From: an uncultured Defluviitaleaceae bacterium
Lineage (GTDB): Bacteria; Bacillota; Clostridia; Lachnospirales; WRBF01
NCBI GenBank assembly: GCA_964533945.1
Contig: CAZHPA010000003.1
Span: forward strand, 1,128-65,127
DNA length: 64,000 nt
Direction: 5' to 3'
The notes beneath the pieces were generated by a model that saw nothing but the letters and a program-made list of their open reading frames with translations, was not told where the DNA came from and did not search any database. The position numbers were made by a program, and so were the translations under genes. Of the stretch, positions 48,501 to 57,400 are shown piece by piece (position 1 is the first letter of the stretch; every line of letters begins with the position of its first letter).

Positions 48501-50097
48501 CGGGAAAGATTTAGTTTTACTTAGCAAAGACAAGGCTTGGAGAAAAGAAGTTTATAGCGAAATGAATAACCAATTTAAAACTCTTACAGATTCGTCATTT
48601 ACTTCATTTAAAAATGGAGCCACAACAACTCAAAAGTTTACAGAAAACTTCCACAAGTACAGCAAGGGCAGTGTTTGGGGATTTTATAATATTGATATTA
48701 GCGGAATTGGTAAGAAATTGACGTGCAAAGATTATACTAATTCATTATCTGATGTATTGTTAGGAAAAGGTGGTTCGCTTTCTCTTTTGTATAGTTACGC
48801 TCCGATTATTAAAGATATTACTTCTTATTTTATCAGTAACCATACGTTGCAAAAAACAATATCTTTTTCACACGCACCGGAAACCTATGTAAGTTGGCTT
48901 AAAGCCGGTAATGAAAATGAAGTATTTATTAATCCTCCAAATGGATTTATTGACCCAAATTCCAATTCTTATCAAGTTACAGTTAAATGTCCGGTAGACG
49001 TAAACGTATACGACAGCAACAATGTGCTTGTTGGCAAGGTTGCAAACAACATTATTGACGAAACTATAGAAGACAACGTACCAATTATCGTTGAAAATGA
49101 TGTTAAACATATATACTTGCCGAGTGATGAAATTTTTAAAGTTGAGGTTATAGGAACGGACGCTGGGACTATGGACTATACAGTTTGCGAAATTGATGCT
49201 TACGGCGAAGAAATTCAAAGACATAATATATATGATATTCCTTTAGAAGTTGGAAAAACTTTAGTTGCAAACATTGATAATACACAAGTTGATGAACCGG
49301 AATATAATGTGCTTAACGTAGTTGATAGCAAAGGAGAAGTTATAGAAACTGTTGAAGCAGATGAAATTATAACAAAGGAAGAACAAGGGGATATTTGTAT
49401 TACAACAACAGCAACCGAAGGCGGTCAAACTTTTGGTAGCGGTAATTATACTAAAGGGGATTATGTAACACTTAATACTATTTTAGACCAAGGCTATGTA
49501 TTTGTAGGTTGGTATGAAAATGGAAATAAAATAGAAGGTGCTAGTGAAAATTATAGCTTTTATGCTCACGAAAGCAGAGAACTAGAAGCAAAGCTTGAAA
49601 AAATAAATGGCTTTAGCTTAATCGGCAAAGTTAAAACATATAACCCAAACAATTCAACCAATATTACTTTGAAACAAAACGGCGAAATTAAATATACAAC
49701 AACAATAGAGCCAATAATGGGGGCAGGTCAAGTTGAGCAAGTGTTCCAATTTGAAAATATTTTCCCTGGAACATATACATTAGAAGTAGCAAAACAAGTG
49801 CATACAACATTTATAGTAAACAACATAGTCATTTCAAATCAAAATGTAGACTTAACGCAAGACAATAGACAACAAGTTAAGCTAATTACTCCTCCTTGCG
49901 GCGATATTAACGGCAACGGCAATATTAACACAGAAGATTTAAGCATTCTTCTATCATCAAATAATTTCAACAAATCAACCCAAGATGCAGTTAACAATCT
50001 TGCAGATGTTGACGGAAATGGCAACATAAACATTAATGACCTTTCAGCTTTACTTTCTACAAATAATTTTAATAAGGGAAATGTTACTATTGATTAG
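45556..50097 (+). CDS. BspA LRR + Ig-like (Big_2) + class-3 lipase + X-module/dockerin protein
   Basis: LRR_5 repeats; NATNKNVTWSSNKPEIATVD; LTGHSRGGA, YTFATP, NPEDFV; duplicated DINGNGNINTED Ca-loops at the C-terminus. Confidence 0.85.
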   Translation: MLKRFLSFLLITAITIAAVSTGVLAESEVTIETADFMKQETMLEDILPKDYTPIGDERITEAEQQEYIETMAIFGDWEYTINDDNATVTITKYKGTSSEVVIPSGINEFPVVGIGNLAFAYRSGLTSITIPDSVTSIGDQAFSACSELAFIEVSEDNSNYSSIEGVLYSKDKTTLIAYPVEKNETEFSIPNNVTSIGDGAFYYCSKLTSITIPNGVTNIGDGAFYYCSKLTSITIPNGVTNIGDSAFSCCYSLTSITIPDSVTSIGERAFYDCRWLVSIIMPNSVMSIGNSVFDQCFRLASIKIPNSVTSIGDKAFSNCHALTSITIPNNVISIGDEAFSSCPLTSIAIPNSVISIGDRAFSYCYSLTSITIPDSVINIGDGVFSNCTNLTSLEISKSNPKYSSIENIIYNKDKTTLVAYSAGKKEAEFSIPNSVTSIRDYTFYGCRSLVSIKIPNSVTSIGNQAFWNCSKLTSITIPDGVTNIGNSTFSYCSSLTSITIPNSVISIGDWAFAYCSSLTSITIPNSVTSIGDWAFYNCSNLASIAIPNGITSIGYSAFSRCTSLTSITIPNSVTSIGDQAFYNCSSLTSITIPNSVTYIGGSAFHDCINLTIYGYKDSYAETYAKNKGITFKLIDNSGETIPVTSVVIPFGNGRLNIGETTKLNVWVLPNNATNKNVTWSSNKPEIATVDTNGKVTAIAEGTAIITVKTVDGGFEHSCTITVLSNANDNLKIGTAFFDVNSDVATGKVANVPITVRDSYFSESSTKYNHNLAKLSMSLSASAYNSKWRPTLNQYIKSALNDLGFEDLNFTNYVAIKDTEANEIGLSLGHKTISVNNETFDLIVIVCRGTEGGEWYSNFNLSKSNNGKYDDKIHNGFDIAALGSQAIINEYINNYVGSSGRKKKILLTGHSRGGAVANLLGAKITKENKIANKHDIFTYTFATPNVEMITSLQKDSMENIFNIVNPEDFVTCSILNSWGYNKYGKDLVLLSKDKAWRKEVYSEMNNQFKTLTDSSFTSFKNGATTTQKFTENFHKYSKGSVWGFYNIDISGIGKKLTCKDYTNSLSDVLLGKGGSLSLLYSYAPIIKDITSYFISNHTLQKTISFSHAPETYVSWLKAGNENEVFINPPNGFIDPNSNSYQVTVKCPVDVNVYDSNNVLVGKVANNIIDETIEDNVPIIVENDVKHIYLPSDEIFKVEVIGTDAGTMDYTVCEIDAYGEEIQRHNIYDIPLEVGKTLVANIDNTQVDEPEYNVLNVVDSKGEVIETVEADEIITKEEQGDICITTTATEGGQTFGSGNYTKGDYVTLNTILDQGYVFVGWYENGNKIEGASENYSFYAHESRELEAKLEKINGFSLIGKVKTYNPNNSTNITLKQNGEIKYTTTIEPIMGAGQVEQVFQFENIFPGTYTLEVAKQVHTTFIVNNIVISNQNVDLTQDNRQQVKLITPPCGDINGNGNINTEDLSILLSSNNFNKSTQDAVNNLADVDGNGNININDLSALLSTNNFNKGNVTID
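46141..46288 (+). repeat. Exact 69-bp tandem duplication of an LRR unit
   Basis: ATTGGAGATGGGGCATTTTATTATTGCTCTAAATTAACTTCAATAACAATACCTAATGGCGTTACAAAT occurs twice. Confidence 0.85.
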
Positions 50098-50254
50098 AAA
50101 TAGCATTATAAGCTTTCAATAACTTCAGCTTTACTTTTCTGTAGCTAATTTTAATGTGGGAAGTATTGCCGCTACTAATTTGTTAAAAGTGGTTGCCAAT
50201 TAAGCAAGAGTTTGCTAAAATAAGTTATATTTATAATTAAGGAGGGAGTGTTTT

Positions 50255-53200
50255 GTGTCTAAAATTTTGTCATTTACGCTTGCAACTATAGTTACAGTTA
50301 CAACACTTGTTATGTCAAGTGTAAATGTTTTTGCAACAACCCAAAATGCAACTGGCTTGATAACGGCAACCACTAATTTAAAGCATCTTGAAACTTTAGA
50401 AACCCCAGAAATTTCGGAAATTCTTAAAACCGCAGAAATTAAGGAAAGTAAAATTATAGGGCAAACAAATTTATGGAACGGTTTTAAATATATTGTTGAT
50501 TACCTTAACGATACAGTTACTATAGTCGAATACATAGGCATTTCTTCAAAGATTACTGTTCCCAGTGAAATTGAAGGCAGAAAAGTTATAGCTATTGATG
50601 ACTTAGTGTTTTCTTATTTGCCTAAATTACAAGAACTGGTAATATCGGAAGGCGTTGAAATTATTGGTAAATTTGCGTTTGCATATTGCGAAAACTTAAC
50701 TACGGCAACAATACCCGACAGCGTTTTAAGCATTGGCGATTCGGCGTTTTACAAATGCTCTAAATTAACAACAATAACTTTATCAAACAACTTAGAAGCT
50801 ATTGGCGAACATATGTTTTATGGTTGTTCAAGCTTGCAAGCAATAGAAATACCAAATATCGTTACTACTATCGGAAAAGGAGCATTTTACAACTGCTCAA
50901 GTTTAACCGAGCTGGAAATACCAAGTGGTGTTACGCAAATTGACACAGCAACTTTTTATAACTGTCAAAGTCTGCAAAGTATAATATTGCCAAATGGTAT
51001 TACAAACATTGGAGACAGTGCATTTTATAAATGTGAGAACATTGCGGAAATTATAATACCTGATAGTGTTACATCAATTGGCAACGGGGCATTTGAAAAT
51101 TGCTTATCATTAACAAACATGACAATACCAGAAGGCGTTATAATTATTGGGGAAAGAGCATTTTTTTATTGTGTAGGTTTAGGAGAAATAGAAATATCAA
51201 GTACAGTTGAAAGTATTGGATACGGGGCGTTTTCTAAATGCTTAAGTTTATATTACATTGACGTTGACCCCAATAATGTTATGTTTTATTCACTGTCAGG
51301 CGTACTTTTTAATAGAAGGCATCAAACTTTAATTAAATTTCCTGCTGCAAAATCTGATACAATATTTACATTATTGTCTTACATAAACATTGGCAACGGA
51401 GCATTTGAAGATTGCGCTAATTTGATTAATGTAACTTTAAACCCTGGTTTTAGCATAGACATTGGTCAATATGCATTTGCCGACTGTACTAATTTAATTA
51501 CAATAAACTTGCCGCAAGATGTTAATTCTATTGGTACAGGAGCGTTTCGAGGCTGTGTTAATTTAACTTTTGTAACAATACAAAATAATGAAATGCGTTT
51601 TGGTTATGATGTTTTTACAAATTGCTACGAAGACCTTACTATAAAAGGCGAAGCCGGAAGCACTGCACAACAATATGCGCAACAAAACAATATAAAATTT
51701 ATAACGGAATTTAGTAATGAATTAACAATTTATACATACGAAACAATAAGTTCTAGTAGTATTGCTGTTTCAGGGTCTGCACCGATAATTCCGGGAAGTG
51801 TTCAAATATTTGTTGACGAAATTTTGGTCGACACTTTTTTAGTTAATGAATCTGGTATATATTCAGGCATAATAACTTTAAACAATGCCCAAAACAATTC
51901 CATATATATAATAAAAGCTGTTTCAGATAGTTTATCTGTACAAACTAAAGTTGTATATTCCGATTTTGTACCCGAAATAACAAGTTTAACTGTTCGCCAC
52001 AACAATCAAAGGCATGAACTGGTTTCAACTTCAATGGCTACCCCTATTTTGATATTTGATTCAGGGCTTCCTTTAACATTTGAAATTAAATTCAATGACA
52101 TTAGCGAAATTGATAATGTTTGTATATATAGCGAAGTTGACGGGCAATTAAAAAGGCTTAAAGCCGCTTATGATGTAAAGAGAAATTCATATATAGCAAG
52201 CGGTTTTTTTGATGAAGAAGACAAATCATATATGCCGGGCAAATTAACTGTTAAATTTAGCAGAAAGCTTCCATCATATTCGATAGATATAAACAACGTT
52301 AGCCATAGCAGTATTTATGATTCAATTGTAGCTGATAATTTTAAAAATGCAACCATTAATACAACAAAAAACCAGCCGGAAGAAAATATTTCAGAAGCTA
52401 TACTTATTGACGGTGAGCAACTAACATATACAACTACTAAGCAAGTATTAATAGAACCAGATAAAAAAACAGCCGAACAATTGTTAGAAGAAGGCTACTA
52501 TTTAATATCAGGCGAAAATGACAAAGCTTTATATTTTAAGCTTGAAACTAACGATGCAACAAATGAACTAACTTCTTATATATATATTAAGGATATTGCT
52601 AAAACTCCTTTAGATGATACAATTAGCATTCTAACTATAAAAGGAGAAACTACGCCGCTATTTGATTTAACCGTGTTTATATGGCATACAACAGTTTCCG
52701 AAATGTTTATTTTTAATGGTCGTGCTGTTAATTTGGAGGAAATAGAAAATAAAATACAAACACTTCCAAATCAATACAATGGCTTATTAACTAGCTTAAT
52801 GCAATACAATAGCTTGTTAACTAATAATTTGCAGCAACAGCAAATATTATCGTCTGTATTTGCATTAACTTATCCGTTTACTGCACAATTTATAGGAATT
52901 GCAAACGAACATTGTTTGCTATTGGAAAATGCAGCACAGCAGCTATTTGGGTTAATGATTCCAAATCAAATATCAGACCAAACAGTTACACAATTTATTG
53001 AAGAACAATATTCTTTAATTAACTTACATACTGCAATTAGATACAAAATGATTACAGACCCAAGTGGATATGTATATGAAGCAGTTCATTCAAATAGGCT
53101 TCAAGATGTCAAAACAACCTTGTACTATAAAGATAATAACGGAAGTGCTGTAATATGGGACGCTTTAGAATATGAACAGCAAAACCCTATATACACAAAC

Positions 53201-54472
53201 AAAGAAGGCGAGTATGCATGGAACGTTCCTTCTGGAATTTGGCAAGTTAAGTGCGAACTTCCCGAATACGAAACTGCTTATAGCAATTGGCTGCCCGTTC
53301 CTCCCGAACAAAAAAATATAAATATTGAAATGATTTCTAAAAAGAATCCTATCTTACAATGGTTTAATGTTTTTGAAAATTATGCTGAGATAGCGTTTGA
53401 TAAATATATGGCTATAGACAGCATTAATAACAACAGTATTAAATTAAGTGATAAAGACGGAGAAATTTTGTTTACAGTTCAAGCTATAGATGCACAAAAT
53501 GGGCTTTGTAAAACTTTTAAATTAAGCTATTTAAACAATTACAACCCTCAAAGCGAAATAACTGTTACCATAAACGATTTAGCCAAAAGCTACGCACAAG
53601 CTAAAGCAAAAAACATTACTATGGAATCAAGCTTAAAGCCCGAAATTAAAGAAATTTTAGCAGATGAAAACATTGAACTTGAATATGGCGAGCAATTAAA
53701 CGAACAACTAATTGAAAAAACAATTTCATTACTAACTTTTAATAATAGTTTAAGGCAAAAATCTATTACACCTATAGATTTATCTACATATGAATATGAA
53801 GTTTTATGCACTTCTTCGGATGAAGATATAGTTGCTATTAACAGCATTTCCCCTGTGGATAAAAACGGAAATGTTAGGCTTGCTTTAATTCCAAACTTAC
53901 CGGGGCAAGCAACTTTAACGCTTTCTGTAAAAAATACAACTATTAAAAAAGAAATACCTATTAAAATACAATGGGGAAAACTTAAAGAAGAAAACTACAG
54001 CCAAAAAGCAACTTTAACAGGCAAAATTGAAAGCCAAAACCCAAACAGCAATACAACAATACAATTAAAACAAAATGATAAAGTTATATATTCAATCGAA
54101 ACAAAAAGCAAAAGTTTTGAATTAAGCAATATTGAATATGGTATATATACACTTGAAATTACAAAGGCAGCACATACAAAATTCACTTTAAACAATATTG
54201 CTATTTACAGCGAAAATATAGATTTAACACAACATGAAAAACCTGAAATTAGCTTAATCACTTTAAAGTGTGGAGATATTGACGAAAACGGAAATATAAA
54301 CACTAACGACTTAAGCATTCTTTTATCTTTAAGCAACTTTAACAAATCGACCGAAGATGCCGTAAACAAGCTTGCAGACTTAGACGGCAGCGGCAACATA
54401 AATGCTGCAGACATTTCTATTTTATTATCTAAAAATAACTTTAATTTACAAGGCTTAACATTAGAATATTAA
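50255..54472 (+). CDS. BspA LRR + unknown central domains + X-module/dockerin protein (GTG start)
   Basis: LRR_5 repeats; DPSGYVYEAV.SNR...YAWNVP...WLPVPP domain; CGDIDENGNINTND / DLDGSGNINAAD. Confidence 0.85.
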   Translation: MSKILSFTLATIVTVTTLVMSSVNVFATTQNATGLITATTNLKHLETLETPEISEILKTAEIKESKIIGQTNLWNGFKYIVDYLNDTVTIVEYIGISSKITVPSEIEGRKVIAIDDLVFSYLPKLQELVISEGVEIIGKFAFAYCENLTTATIPDSVLSIGDSAFYKCSKLTTITLSNNLEAIGEHMFYGCSSLQAIEIPNIVTTIGKGAFYNCSSLTELEIPSGVTQIDTATFYNCQSLQSIILPNGITNIGDSAFYKCENIAEIIIPDSVTSIGNGAFENCLSLTNMTIPEGVIIIGERAFFYCVGLGEIEISSTVESIGYGAFSKCLSLYYIDVDPNNVMFYSLSGVLFNRRHQTLIKFPAAKSDTIFTLLSYINIGNGAFEDCANLINVTLNPGFSIDIGQYAFADCTNLITINLPQDVNSIGTGAFRGCVNLTFVTIQNNEMRFGYDVFTNCYEDLTIKGEAGSTAQQYAQQNNIKFITEFSNELTIYTYETISSSSIAVSGSAPIIPGSVQIFVDEILVDTFLVNESGIYSGIITLNNAQNNSIYIIKAVSDSLSVQTKVVYSDFVPEITSLTVRHNNQRHELVSTSMATPILIFDSGLPLTFEIKFNDISEIDNVCIYSEVDGQLKRLKAAYDVKRNSYIASGFFDEEDKSYMPGKLTVKFSRKLPSYSIDINNVSHSSIYDSIVADNFKNATINTTKNQPEENISEAILIDGEQLTYTTTKQVLIEPDKKTAEQLLEEGYYLISGENDKALYFKLETNDATNELTSYIYIKDIAKTPLDDTISILTIKGETTPLFDLTVFIWHTTVSEMFIFNGRAVNLEEIENKIQTLPNQYNGLLTSLMQYNSLLTNNLQQQQILSSVFALTYPFTAQFIGIANEHCLLLENAAQQLFGLMIPNQISDQTVTQFIEEQYSLINLHTAIRYKMITDPSGYVYEAVHSNRLQDVKTTLYYKDNNGSAVIWDALEYEQQNPIYTNKEGEYAWNVPSGIWQVKCELPEYETAYSNWLPVPPEQKNINIEMISKKNPILQWFNVFENYAEIAFDKYMAIDSINNNSIKLSDKDGEILFTVQAIDAQNGLCKTFKLSYLNNYNPQSEITVTINDLAKSYAQAKAKNITMESSLKPEIKEILADENIELEYGEQLNEQLIEKTISLLTFNNSLRQKSITPIDLSTYEYEVLCTSSDEDIVAINSISPVDKNGNVRLALIPNLPGQATLTLSVKNTTIKKEIPIKIQWGKLKEENYSQKATLTGKIESQNPNSNTTIQLKQNDKVIYSIETKSKSFELSNIEYGIYTLEITKAAHTKFTLNNIAIYSENIDLTQHEKPEISLITLKCGDIDENGNINTNDLSILLSLSNFNKSTEDAVNKLADLDGSGNINAADISILLSKNNFNLQGLTLEY

Positions 54473-54490
54473 GAAGGAGGCAACACCTGA

Positions 54491-57400
54491 ATGAAGATAA
54501 AAAAAATTACGGCTGTTTTGCTTGTATTTGCTATGTTGTTTACTTTAATACCAGCAAATATTGCCTTTGCATCCGGTTCTGACTATGAAGTTAAAATTAA
54601 AGGTGCAATTGATAGCCAAAACAAAAAGGACGGCAAAGATACTTTTGCTATTGATTTTCAAGTTAAAACCTTAAATGGCAAAAAACTTGGAAACGTTCAA
54701 GTTGCATTTATAGCTTTTGACTACAATGTATTTGATTTTACTATGTGGGACGCAAGTAGTAACACTTCTGTGGAAGCTTGGGTTAAAGAACGAAAAGGAG
54801 AAGATATTACAGGTAACAAGCTTGTTAATATTACTAAATTGAGAATAAGTCAAGCTGAAGATGACTTAGATTGGGGCGATGAAGCAGATATTGCTCTTAA
54901 CAAAAGCGCTAATATAGGATATATTTTATTTAGACCAATATGTGCATCTTCAGAAATTGAATACGCTGATTTTACAACATTGCAAAAAATTAGGCTTGCT
55001 TTTAAAGACGGAAAATCAGCAAGTGATATAAAAAGAGATTCTATAAGATTTGCTACTTACGAAGAAGCAGACAAATATAATCAAAATTCTATTGTGCTTA
55101 TAGGCGACGGCACAGACGATTTTAAATATGGAACTTTATTAAAAGGTGGCACCCCAACACCAGAAAACGACACGCTTTTAACTACTCCAACAATGGATAT
55201 TCCATACGCAAAACCAATACTTCAAAGCATAGTTGCTCCTGCAGCAATAACAAAACCAAACGGAACAGCTAAAACAGCAGAAGCATTGGAACTTCCAACG
55301 CAAGTAACATTGCAACTAAACAACAGCACAACTGCTAACGCTAATGTTAGTTGGGATGTTGCAAGTGCAAGCTATGACCCAAGCATTAAAACTTCACAAA
55401 CATTTGCGGTAAGCGGAACTGTAACATTACCAAACGATGTTCAAAATACAAATAGCGTACCTTTAACTGTTTCGGTAAATGTGACAGTATTAGAAGAAAC
55501 AGTTGATATTACTATAACAGCTCCAACATTTGAAAAAGTTACATACAAAGATGCTCAACCTGCAGCAAAAAGCATAACTATATCAAATAATTCAGATGAA
55601 GATATTATAGTATCAAAAATTGAAATTTCATCAGGAAATATGTTTGAATTAGGCGGAACTACAGAAAATATTACAGTTCCTGCTAAACAAAGTGTTTCAA
55701 CAACAACAATTGAACCGCAACCTAGCATTTCGGCAGGAACTCATACAGCAACTATTACAGCAACATATAAAACAACAAAAGCTGCAACAGCAAATGTTTC
55801 AATTGAAGTTGACAAAAAAGTACTAACAGTTTCAGATGGTACTTTTGCCGTAACTAAAGCTTACGACAAAACAACTTCAGCCGGAACCCAAAGCGGAAGC
55901 CTTGAATTAGGCGAAGAAGGCATTACCGTTGAAGTAACTGCTGTTGGCGCATACGCAGATGCAAATGCTGGCAACGACAAAACTGTTAGCTTAACATTAG
56001 GTAATTTAACAGGCAACGGCAGCTCGAACTACGCGCTTTCAAGCAACACATATTCATTTACAAAAGCAAGCATTACACCTAAACAAATTAGTGCAGTTAC
56101 AGACGGCAACTTTGCAGTAACTAAAGCTTACGACACAACAACAGCTGCAGGAACAGCAACAGGCAAGCTTACTTTAACAGGCATTTTAGGGGGCGATGTT
56201 GTTGAAATTGAAACTACTGTTGGCGCATATGCAGATGCAAACGTTGGCAACAACAAAGCGGTTGTATTAACTTTAGGCGAACTACAAGGCGCTAGTAAAG
56301 ACAACTATGTTAAAGATTCTGCATTAACAACATATAACTTTACAAAAGCAGCAATTACAAAAGCAACAGCAACATACGTAATTGGCAATCAATCAATTAA
56401 AGTTGGTGGTGCAATTGCTAAACCTCAAACTGCAACAGGCATTAATGAAGAAGCAATAAGCGGAACTTTAACATTAAAAGACGGAAATAACGTTATAACA
56501 GAAGATACAATTAAAAACTATCCTTTAAATACAAGCAAAACGTTAACATACCAATTTGCCCATACTAACGCAAATTACAACAGCCCAATTACAGGTAGCT
56601 TTACGCTTACAGTAACCGAAGGTGAACCTCAAAACATTACGTTTGCACAAGATACGCCCACAACCAAAGTTTACGGAAGCAGTAAATTTACAGTTACAGC
56701 AACTAATGATAAAGCTGACGGAAACCCAGTAACTTTTGAAAGCAGCAATGTAAACGTTGCAACTATTAATGCAACAACAGGCGAAGTTGAAATTAAAGGT
56801 GCAGGAACAACTACAATAACAGCAAAAGCCGCAGCAAAACCGGGTGTTTATGCAGCAGGAAGCAAAACTCATGCATTAACAGTTACAGCTAAAGACTTAA
56901 CATCGGAAGGCATTTCAATAGGTAATGTTAGCGGAACGTTTACGTATTCAGGAAACGAGCATAAGCCAACTGTTACCGTAACAGATTCAAAAGCAACAAT
57001 TGCTTCAGGCGATTATACATTTACTTACCAAAACAACAGAAACGCAGGAACGGCTAAAGTTATTGTAACAGGAACACGCAACTACAAAGGCACAGTTGAA
57101 AAAACATTTACAATTAGCAAAGCAAGTCAAACAACACCTGTAATTGTAACATTATCTAGCCAAAATGTTACTATGCCATATAACAGCGTATACGCTACGG
57201 CATCAGGCGGAAACGGCACAGGAACTTTTAGATACTATAGCAGCAATACTTCCGTTGCAACAATTAACGAAACTACAGGCACAATTACTTTAATATCTAG
57301 AGGACAAACAAATATAACAGCAATCCGCTTAGAAGATACAAATTACAATACATCTGCCTATAGCTCTGCTGTAACGTTAAATGTTCTTGAAAGAGTTGAC

